Positions 20,341 to 31,624 of a stretch of DNA of 33,816 nucleotides are shown piece by piece; the stretch's first letter is position 1; each line of letters opens with the position of its first letter. The notes below the pieces were generated by a model, which worked only from the letters and a program-made list of their open reading frames with translations, made no database searches and was not told the DNA's origin. Origin of the DNA: Octopus bimaculoides (Eukaryota); the NCBI RefSeq assembly GCF_001194135.2, contig NC_069003.1, positions 27,438,526 through 27,472,341 of the forward strand. Reading direction: 5' to 3'. The translations under genes and the position numbers were made by a program.

Positions 20341-21281
20341 GTGGGGACAAACATTATCAGTCAACGACTAGTATTTATTTATTTCAACAAGTATGGGAGA
20401 CAACTCTGTACGTTTCACTATTATGACCTCATCAGGAAAGCATAAATGTCACCATATTTCTGCTTGTTTTTCATCACTAATGTAGCGATGAAAGATTCAC
20501 TATATACATGTAGAAGAGTGCACGATGGTTGTTATAGAACATGAATCATTAATCTCAGACATACCAGTTGTATGAAAATCAATAATCAAGTTGGTGTTAA
20601 TATACTTAATGACAGGAAACATGAAAGTGTTAACTAAAAGAAACAATACCAGTTATTGATTAGTAGTGTTGCAACTATTTTGGAAATAATGGGAGGCAAC
20701 TCTAGATGTATTTCCATTCTTATTCTGACCTTGTTAGTGAAACACAGCTTATATATATATATGCCAAAGTAGACACTGGGACACAATGCCATCCTTGACT
20801 CATCTGTTCTTTGTCAAACTGTTCAATCCATGCCAGCATGGAACATGGATATTGAATAATAATGATGATGATGATATATGTGTGTATGCATGTGTGTGTG
20901 TGTTCGTGTATATATGTGTGTGTGTGTATATTTTTACATCTCCTGTTCCATGCCGACATGGTCTGGGCAGGAATTCTAAGGGCTGTATGGTAATGAATGG
21001 ATGCCCTTCCTAACAGCAACCCTCTTTTGTTACCTCATACAATACATTGTGATACTTTGAGTGTAACCATTCTAAAAGCCATTATATACGCACTATTCTA
21101 TCTATTTTCATATTTATTTATCTACCTATCCCTCTACCTGTCTGTCTGTCTATGCTTGAGATACAGTTTTTTTTTATTTATGAATTTCAATCAATAATTC
21201 AAAAACAAAACTATTTTTTTGATTTGTGGAAAATCAAAATACTGTTTGAATGAGGATGACAGCTTTTAGGTCAAGTTTATT

Positions 21282-21512
21282 TTAACCCTTTCAATACCAA
21301 CCCCAGCTGAAACCGCCTCTGGCTCTGTAGTACAAATGTCTTGTTTCCATATGTTTCAAATTAAAATCTTCCACTAAACCTTAGTCACAATTTATGTCCC
21401 TAACACTAGCTGAATGGTAACTAAGTTATTTTACTAGATTCTTTGTTATATTTAAGATTAATTGAAAGAAACACAGAGCATCTCAAAATAAACGCAGTGA
21501 TGAAAGGGTTAA
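21282..21512. mobile_element. piggyBac-like MITE with TTAA target duplication
   Basis: TTAA|CCCTTTCA ... TGAAAGGG|TTAA, 223-bp element. Confidence 0.8.
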
Positions 21513-21748
21513 GCCCATAAATTTGATGTAAATGGAACAGTCAATAGACAACACATTTTCATATATAATAGTGTATAAACAATTTAAGTATTTAACTAGA
21601 AAAATATTTTTTATTTTCATTCCCTTTGAAATTGCTTTTATTCGTAGTCTGGGCTTTAACTGCCCTTTCTAGCATGTAAGGTGTCCTGCCAAAGGTCACC
21701 TCTTTTGTGTATAAATACTTAAATTGTTTATACACTATAACACACACA

Positions 21749-21892
21749 TATATATATATAGATATATTTGCATATATATATATTTGCATATATAGATATA
21801 TATATATATATAGATATATTTGCATATATAGATATATATATATATATAGATATATTTGCATATATAGATATATATATATATATAGATATATT

Positions 21893-21941
<49 letters not shown>

Positions 21942-21960
21942 CCATATATATATATATATG
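21749..21960. repeat. (TA)n microsatellite with 36-bp higher-order unit
   Basis: GATATATTTGCA recurs at 21813, 21849 and 21885 (period 36), and also at 21761. Confidence 0.9.
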
Positions 21961-22498
21961 TGTGTGTATATATAGTTTGCTAAGTGCAATGATTGAAATT
22001 CTCAGTCTTCAAATCACTCATGTAGCTTTACACTTAGATGAATAAGAAAAATATATATAGGCTCTACTTTTGCCCACTTGAGTTCTACTCACACTCTTTG
22101 TATGTACAGAATCACATACAAGGCTGACTCAGGAAGTATTGTGACTTTTATATGCAATACTTTCTGGTTCAGCCTTTTTACATTTACATATTAAAAACAC
22201 TAGCAGCAGTAGTAGTAGTAGTAGTAGTGGTGGTGGTGACAGCAAGATACCATCATTTGATTTGTAGAAGCAAGAAAAATTTAATCAGCCTCGAGCTTGG
22301 ATGGATGAAAATAAAAATCTAAGTTAGCAAGAAGCAGCTGTTACTGACAAGCCAATGAACAATAAATCCGGCTTTGATATGAAGCTTAGCAGGGCTGACT
22401 TTGTTAAAAGATTAAATAAAAGGAAACATAAAAACAACATTAAACATGCAAATGTTAGTAGCAAAACAAATAACATTATTATTATTATTATTATTATT

Positions 22499-22858
22499 AG
22501 GATGGTAAGCTGGCAGAATTGTCAGCACGACAAGTAAAATGCTTAGTGGTGTGTCATCCATTTTCACATTCTGAGTTCAAATTCTCTCCGAGGCTGACCT
22601 TGCTTTCATCCTGTCAGAGGTTGATAAAATAACTAGCAGTTGAGTGCTAGGGGTCGATGTAATCGATAACCCTAACCCCATCCAATCTGAAAATGCTAGC
22701 CTCATGTCAAAATTTGAAACCAGTATTTTCACCAGTTCTGTGATGTAATTGAAGGCAAAGTCAACCCTGGCGGCATTTCAATTCAGAATGTAAAGACAGA
22801 CGAAATGGTGCTAAGCATTTTGCCTAGCATGCTAATGATTCTGACAGCTTGCTACCTT
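22499..22858. mobile_element. Inverted pair of family A SINEs (22499-22725 on +, 22752-22858 on -)
   Basis: GGTAAGCTGGCAGAATTGTCAGCAC...GAGTTCAAATTC on +; its reverse complement ...CTAATGATTCTGACAGCTTGCTACC follows. Confidence 0.75.
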
Positions 22859-23007
22859 AGGGCTGATGCAGATATTAAAACATTTTTCAACTCTAGCAAC
22901 GAAATTAATATAAACATTGTAAGTGTGTTGACTTCTATATTAAATTCTGTAGGAGAGCTTCTATAACTGAGACTTTACAGTAAATTCTTTCTTTATACCA
23001 GTGACCC

Positions 23008-23238
23008 GTTTAATCCTATAACATTTAAACTACCCATATCTGATCCTAATAGTCTTCATATTTTATGGTCAAACTGGCTAGATCCAGCCTCTCACACCTA
23101 ACCTACAATATCATTGCAAACATAAACAGTTATATCATCGGAATCTCAAGGTTACAAGATAATGCATGATAATTAATTCAAAACAATGCAAATAAATAAG
23201 CATTACATTAGACAGAGTAAGCTGAATTCTAAAGGGCT
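23008..23238 (+). mobile_element. Degenerate piggyBac-like MITE, same family as 7073-7787
   Basis: TTTAATCCTATAACATTTAAAC ... GAATTCTAAAGGGCTAA. Further fragments near 15600-15690, 24605-24693 (-) and 32221-32250. Confidence 0.6.
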
Positions 23239-23805
23239 AAAAGTAATTACAAATGTTTTTTTGTTTTTTTTATAAGTCTTATCAGACATGTTTGTGTGAG
23301 TGTGGTTAGTTACAGAGGTGGTGGTGGTGGTGGCGGTGGGAAATGACCATTAATGCCATGTATCTTTTGAGAAAACATATGGCGATTATTAAGGTATAAA
23401 TTTAACAAAGGAATCTGGATGTTCCAGTGACAGCAATATTTACATTCCAAATGTAAAGACTACAGTAACCATTGAATAATTCTGGCTGAAATGGCCATTT
23501 AATAAATAGCATTTCAGTAAATGGTAAAATTAGTTTTAGACATCCAAATTATAATTGCCCTCTGCTTCAAAATAATTTGTTTATTTTCTGTTTTTGCTTT
23601 TTTTTTTGTGTGTGTGTGTGTGTGATTTTTGTTTTGCTTTGTTTCCTTTTCTTTTTATTCCTGTCTTTGGAATTAGGTTTGAGTGATTAGAAAGCATGCC
23701 AAAGTTAGTTCAGGAATACAAAGGTTGTCTTTATTCTTCCTAATGTTTTGCGGAATGGTAATTGGCTTTGGAGGTAAGAAATGAAAAGCTCGTCAAAGTT
23801 ATTAA

Positions 23806-23942
23806 TTAAGCCTTGAGATTAGCTTCTTCTTTAACTGCGGATAGATCAGGTAGCGATACCGACCCTTTCTTGCTCAGATTATTCATTTCCATCTCTGCCA
23901 CAGTTTGACGCCGTCTTTTCAATATTTTGCCACCAACAAAAC
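23806..23942 (-). CDS. STX17: STX17 terminal coding exon
   Basis: cttcag|GT; FVGGKILKRRRQTVAEMEMNNLSKKGSVSLPDLSAVKEEANLKA*. Confidence 0.92.
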
Positions 23943-26900
23943 CTGAAGAAAAAATGTAAGAAAAACGTTTAAGACAGTTTATAGAATTTCATCTTCAAAT
24001 TATGACAACAAGAAAATAAGAAGAACTATTAAAACCATTTTTCACCTCCAGCAATGAAATTAATACAATTTAAGTGTAGTGAATTCTATTTAAAATTCTG
24101 TAGGAGGGTTCCTATAATTGAGACCTTATAGTAAGTTCTTCCTTTACACTTTACTCTGTCAAATGTGATTTTTATTATTTATTCACATTTTTTTGAATTA
24201 ATCATGCATTGTTTTGTAGCTTTGAGATTTGGATGACTGACAGGGGACCAATACTCCTGGCAGTTTGCTGTGTTTGAAAAGACATGCCAAGCGAAGTAAA
24301 AGCGTGGTTGCCCTTATGTCCTGGCCTGTCCCTTGCAACCCTCTCCAGCTAAGAACCCCTAATTTTGCAGGCACGTAAGTGCTGGTACCACATAAAAAGC
24401 ACCTTAGCTTTTTATGTGCTCTGTAAAGTTGTTGGCATTAGGAAGGGCTGTAGAAACTATGCCAGCTATAGAAACCATGCCAAAGCAGATATGGAGACTG
24501 AACAGACCTTCAGCTGGTCAGTTCCTGTCAAACCGTCCAACACATTCCAGCATGGAAAATGGACATTAAATGATGATGATCATCATCATCATCATTGTAG
24601 GGTAAGTGTAGGAGGCTGTATTTGGCCAGTTGAAACATAAAACAAATAGAATATTTTGGTTGGATATGGCCAGTTTAAATAGTGAAGGGTTAATGAATTG
24701 TACAAGTAAGAATAGAGGAATGTATTGCCTTTAAGTTCTGTTGAGATAAGTACAGAGGTAAATATTGTCCTTAAAAGTCAGTTGAGTTAAGTCCCAGCTC
24801 TAAGTGCTGAGAGTCCAGTCGACTCTAGTTGTGGTAGAAAAGGCAGAGAGTAGCAATGACAGCCCCACTAAAGGCCAAAAGTTGAAGTGTGTCTGTGAGT
24901 TATAGTTTGACAGTCTTTACTGTCACGATACTTACCAATCAGTCCACCTCCCATTGCAGCAGCTACACCACCAAGCTTAGCACAAGCTACAAATCCAATG
25001 GGTCCACCAACAATACCACCTACTAATGCTCCAGCTAAAGGTATCATGGCAGTTTTTATTTTAGCACTCTGTAAGGAATAAAATGAAATACAATATGAAT
25101 GGTTCATGTAAGATGAGGTAACAGGTTTTCTGCATACAGTCAAAATATGCTTGTGTCATGTCAATGGTACCCGTACAATTGGCACATAAAAAGCATCTAC
25201 TACACTCTTGGAGTGGTTGGCGTTAGGAAGAGAATCCAGTTGTAGAAACCATACCAAACCAGATTGGAACCTGGTGCAGCTCTCCAGCTCATCAGTTTTC
25301 AGTCAAACCATCCAACCCATGCCAGCATGGAAAGCAGATGTTCATTGATGATGATGATGATGATATAGTAGTAATAGTAATAGGCACATGAAAGCTTGTT
25401 GTGAGTAAACGACCATTAAAATCTGTTCAAATATTTTTGGGACATATTTAGCCTGTAAAAAGGCAATATTGACTGCTGTTTGCCACTGAGAAAAACTGAC
25501 GCTTTAGGCAACAGGTGTTAAAACACCAACAAAACATTTCATGGTCACCCTTTGGCAGTACAGAGAATGCATTTCTAGCTAACTGGCTGCTATGATCATC
25601 ATTGTGTACAACAAGAGAGACAACCTTGAAATGACTCTGGAAGTCCTCATTTCCTCGTGGGAAACCAGTATCAAAACAAGGCCTGATCCTCAAAATTAGA
25701 AATATAATATTTCTAAATCTCTCAGAGAGATTTAAGCAGTAGTGGAGCGATAAAGTTGTAGTATATTGTCAACTTAATGTGACAATCCCAATAAGCTTGT
25801 CTCCCCCTCGCAAACTTAAGGACACAATAATTGTGTCAAGGCCGACAGGAAGCGGTCCAGCTTCCTAGGGCTAAACGGCAGTAGTGTGTTCCCTTATTGG
25901 GATTGTCACATTAAGTTGACAATATACTACAAGGCCTGATCCTGATTACATATAATAATAATAATGAAATTATTGTATACAGTGCTCAGGTGCACTACAA
26001 CTTGTCAAAAGTGCGCATAAAGCATCTGCAGTATTGTACAAATGTTTGGAAAGTGAACTGTGTATGAGTCAGATACATGCTTGCGTGTGTATGGAGGGGG
26101 AGAAAAAATCAGGTGTAGTGTTGGCGAATCTCAGGAAGCATGGAAGTTTCGAAGGATGCAGTGCTCCGACAACTGACAACTGATGCTGGCAGTTTGTTCC
26201 ATACTTCAGCAACATTTAAAATGGATGGAGTGAGTGTTTGGAGTTAACTGGTACCTTTGAAAGACTCTTTGCTCCTGCTTGAATATTGTCGTGAGCTGTT
26301 TCAAGGTTTTCTTCAATTTGGTCGATTTTCTCTTGTTGGTTCTAAGCAGAGCATGAAAAAGGAACAGAAAATAATTCATTTAAGTAATTAGCAATTTCTG
26401 ATTAAAAGTAATCACACAGCTGATTTATACTAAATCTATTTCCAACACATACTAGAGATATTTCCAGTGTTGTTCAAGTATAAAGTTCCAGGAATAACTT
26501 GATGTGCCTCTATTAATGATAAATATAGTTATGACATACCTCTACTAATGATGAAAAATCATGCACCATTTGGTTAAGATCAACTAAATTCTGAAAAATA
26601 TAAAGAGAAAAACAAAATAAAATATGAAAAAAAGTAACAAATATGTAAAGTAAAATGTAATTACTACATGGTAAAATGTAATTAATATAAAGTAAAATGT
26701 AAATACTACATGGTAAAATGTAATTAATATAAAGTAAAAATATATTTGTTACATGGTAAAACTTTCAGAGCATATGTAATTGTTACAAATTGAAATGTAG
26801 TTATTCAAAATTGATATGAGTTTCTTATACATTGCAATGTAATACTTGCAAATTGCTATTAAAAGCTGAAACATAAATAGTTATAAACAGAAATGAAATT

Positions 26901-29900
26901 TCTACAAAGTATAATATACTTATTACAAAGTAAGGAAGTATTGTCTGTTTTTCACATCACTATTGAATGAGCTGTGAAATGGTCATAGAATCTGTTTATC
27001 AGGTGGGGAAACTTTGGCATGGTGTGTTATGGATTATATGTTTGGCTCAGGCATGTTACTAGGCTTGGAGAAAAGTGGAACTGGGTTGAAAATGGTGTGG
27101 ACTGAAAGTCAAGGTTTCAATGAATTGAGACAGGGATCAAATAAAAAAAAGAGAAAAGATTTGTAATGAGACTTATTTGATTTAATTTTAGTCACCAAAA
27201 ACAGATAAGATAAAGATGGGAAGAAATGAGTGGAACAGGTTTATTTAGTTTGTTCAATGTTCAGTTTATGAGGTTGTGAACCTGTTCATTTTATGTAACT
27301 CAGTGGATGAGGCTGTGAACATGGCTTCTCTGTGAGACAGTGAATGTGTTCAGTGGATGAGATGAACATGCCCAGTCTATGAGTCTGTGAAACATATTCA
27401 GTGAATGAAGCTGTGAATATGCCCAGTGAATGAGGTTGTGAACATGTTTAGTCAATACAGTGAACATATCCAGAGAATGAAGCTGTGAACACGTTCAATG
27501 AATAGAATGTGAACATATCCACTGACTGATGCTGTGAACATGTTCAGTAAACGAGGCAGAGAAGATATCAAGGTTATGAAGCTATGTGCATTGGACGAGG
27601 CTGTGAACATGTCTTGTATATGCAGCCATGAAAGTGTTCAGTGAATGATTTTGTAAACATAGTGAACAAGGTTGTGAATATGTCCCATCTATGAGATTGT
27701 GAACATGTCCAGTGTGGTAAAATAAACACAGAAACAATAAGTAGAGTGTTGTAGCCAAAGACTTACTTCTTTTAAATTCTGCCACGATTCCGCTGCCTGA
27801 GAATCTTGTGGAACATTATAAACCTGCAGTTGAGATATATGGCTTCCCCGTTCAAGTTCCACAGGTAAACTATGTGGTACAAACTCTTCTGACATGTAAT
27901 CAGTTTCATTACTTCGGCGCCGCTGATGCATGAGGTTAGAAGTCAAAATGCTATCACAGACTTCAGCTGAGGAGGAGGAGAGAAGAAGAAGAACAAGAAG
28001 AAGCAGAAGGAGATGAGAATGTTGGAAGAAGGTGGAACAAGGTAGAGGAGGTTCTAAGAAAAACTTGATGACAAAAAATCAGAAAAATAACTCCCAAAAA
28101 TTCATGAGGGTGTGTGTGTATGTATGTATTTAACAAGTTACAAAATTCATTTTTGTTTTAAATGGTAAGAAGCTTGCTTACCAACCACATGGTTCTGGGT
28201 TCGGTCCCATTGTGTGGCACCTTGGGCAAGTGTCTTCTACTATAGCCTTGGGCCGACCAAAGCCTTTTGAGTGGATTTGGTAGACGGAAACTGAAAAAAG
28301 CCCGTCGTATATATGTATATGTATATATATGTGTGTGTGTGTCTGTGTCTGTCCCCCCGCCCCCGACATCACTTGATAACCGATGCTGGTGTGTTTACGT
28401 CCCCGTAACTTAGCGGTTCGGCAAAAGAGACCGATACAATAAGTACTAGGCTTACAAAGAATAAGTCCTGGGGTCAATTTGCTCGACTAAAGGCAGTGCT
28501 CCAGCATGGCCACAGTCAAATGACTGAAACAAGTAAAAGAGTAAAGAGTATATATGGATACACACACACACACACACACATATACTGACCATCAGATTCT
28601 TCTTCCTCAGCTGACCGGCCATCATCTATATATTCTGTTATAGCGGTCAGTGCCTTTTCTTTCACATGTTTCAGTTTAGCATCAAACTTTGATAGATCTT
28701 CATCAATTATCCTACTTCGGGCTTTCTCCAATTCCTTGATGTTTGCTTTAATCTGTTGAACTGTACGACCTGCATTTACTTGTTCTTTGTTCAAACTGTA
28801 GAGATCATCCAGCCGAGAATACTGAAGAGAAAGAAGATGATAATAATAATACTAATAATGATAATTATAATAATAATAATAATAATAATGATAACTAGAG
28901 CTGTTCTCGGTTCAATGGAATTTGAACCGAGAATGTGAAGATGGACAAAATGCCACCAACCATTTTGCTTGGTGTGCTAACAATTCTGCCAGCTCAACAC
29001 CTAAATAATAATTATAATAATTTATGCAAACTGACACAACTCTTCACAAAAGCAAATTTACGCAAATAAGAAGAGTGTAATAAAATAATAAGATACAGAT
29101 TGTCTCTGTTTACTAAACTGAACAATATTTTGACAGTATGTCTGTCTCCATGCTCAAAATACATATATGTATACCCAGGCCTATTTCCCATTTTTTTAGG
29201 AGGGGGTAGCCACTACAAGACACACACTAGGCATTCCATTCATTTCCCAGCTCAAAGAGGTGAGCCCCATCCTATGCTCGGGTCAAGGCATAGAACGCAA
29301 TCCCTGCCGCGTGGTGTTCTTTTCTTGACGAAATGACATCATCAAGTTTCACGTTTGTAATTGGTGAAAAGGAAAAAGAAAGAAAAAAAGCAGGAATGAG
29401 GTCACTCAAGTGAAATAGTTTTGTGTAAATCTAATCAGATTTCTTTTTCCCTCGTTACCAGTTATGAACAAATGAAAGTCAATGACTGGGAAAACCACAG
29501 AATACGAAACTGAAATTTTGAATTTCTGCCCATTTTCCATTTTGAAGCTGAAGACAAACTATTGAAATATTGTTCAGATTAATAAACAGTGTCAAATGGG
29601 GTTGAGAAATTAAGTACCAATTGTTTACTGGGATCAATCTAATCAACTGGCCCCCTCCCCCAAAATTTCGGGCCTTGTGCCGAGTAGAAAAGATTATCTA
29701 TATGGTTTGTACAAGTTATTTCTTTTATCTCAAACAGAGAGTGAGTTAAAAAAAAAACTTAAGTGGTAAAAAATAAAAAAAAAATAAAATAAAAATTTAA
29801 GACACAATGGACCTTTACTTTAACTAAGATAGAATGACTCTAGTCCAAAGCTGAGAGGAAGTTTGTTGGAGACCCAGGAACACTCTGTGGTAGAAACCCA

Positions 29901-31591
29901 AAAAGGTTGGTTTAATACTGCCACATGGTTAAGATATACAAGGTGGCCCAAAGGTAGGTTTACAGTTATAACGGAGGTGCTTTAAATTTCTTTTAAAACA
30001 TTTTATTACATTTAAATTTCTATCTTACAAACTAAAAAGGGAGCTTGACAAAATTTAACTAAATTACCACAGAATAATGGTTTCATATTTTTTTATAACT
30101 AAGATCTAAACTGTTAATATATTAATGCGAAAGATATGGTTGAATAACTGTAAACCTACTCTTGGACCATCCTGTATATCTAACTGGGCTCACTCTGTAG
30201 AAAGCATTGCGGCCCAGGCTCTGGACAGAGGATAACTTCCTCTCACCAATCGTTGGGGGCCTGTCAAGGTTTATGGCTGCTGTCATTCCTCAGCTGGTTA
30301 AGTTATTAAAAAAAAAGAAATATATAAAACTTTGCTCCTGGAATCTATGCCTGTCAATAACTCGTCAATTTGTTCTCCTTGACATATTTCGAACATTTTG
30401 TGAAACTGTGTTGCATATTTCCTTTCCTTTTCTTTTGTCTGCCACAACAATATCTGGTCTCTGAGCATTGACTAGGAAGTCACGTTGGATTGTAAAATCC
30501 CACAGGATCTTATACTCCTTGTTCTCAGTGACGCCCTCTAATTCATGTTTGTATACTTCCATTCACCGCCCAGACCGTATTTTTCACATAGTGAACAAAC
30601 TTAATCATATTATTGTGCCTTTTGGACCAGTTTGCTACACTCACTCACAATATGTGATAGTGTTCCATTTTTAGCTGCCACACCTACCCACAAAGGTGCA
30701 AGTCATTGTTTATTATTATTTTATGTCTGACTTTTGCTTTGCATTTGTACAAGTTGGCTCCAAGTCTCGCCCAGAGACCTCAAGAGACAACGAGTTAGAA
30801 GTTCATGTTGGTGTTATATCTAGAGTGCCATATATTTGGTTTTTTACATAGAGAATAAGAAACCATAAGAAAATTATGTTTGTTTTAAAATTTGAGATTA
30901 CATAGACAGTATTTTACGTAGGATGAGGGCAGTTCCAAGGAAGACTATCTTTTGAATTTCTGCCATTTTGCGGTTTCCTGGTGTCTGAGCTAGGTAGCAT
31001 ATTATTATTATTCTTATTATTATTCAACATTTGTGCCGGTGGCATGTGAAAAAAAACATTAGAGCAAGGTCGTTGCCAGTGCCGTCGAACTGGCTCCTGT
31101 GCAGGTGGCACGTAAAAAATACCATTTTGAGCGTGGCCATTGCCAGTACCGCCTGAATGGCTCTCTTGCCGGTGGCACGTAAAAGCACCCACTACACTCT
31201 TGGAGTGGTTGGCGTTAGGAAGAGCATCCAGCTGCAGAAACTCTGCCACACCAGATTGGAGCCTGGTGCAACCATCTGGTTATTATTATTAATTATTATT
31301 ATTGATTATTAATATTTATTATTAATTATTATTATTATTAATGTTTTACATTAATTGCTATTCTTTTATTTTTTTTACTTGTTTCAGTCATTTGACTGCG
31401 GCCATGCTGGAGCACCGCCTTTAGTCAAATCAAATCGACCCCAGGACTTATTCTTTGTAAGCCTAGTACTTATTCTATCGGTCTCTTTTGCCGAACCGCG
31501 AAGTTACGGGGACCTAAACACACCAGCATCGGTTGTCAAGCGATGTTAGGAGGACAAACACAGATACACAAACATATACACACACACATAC

Positions 31592-31624
<33 letters not shown>

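Noticed and set aside
21592-22045. Ile/Tyr-rich ORFs
   Set aside because: Translations of the (TA)n microsatellite.
22280-22316. Possible alternative STX17 terminal exon (DFYFHPSKLEAD*)
   Set aside because: The CTAAC lies too close to the AG, there is no homology support, and it would truncate the TM hairpin.
25796-25892. Resemblance to an HDV-like ribozyme (P4-like hairpin, GGCTAA, CCCTCGC)
   Set aside because: P2 partner and P3/L3 cannot be placed in the required order, so the double pseudoknot cannot be built.
27255-27715. CRISPR-like regular spacing
   Set aside because: Eukaryotic intron; units are degenerate tandem copies with no unique spacers or cas genes.
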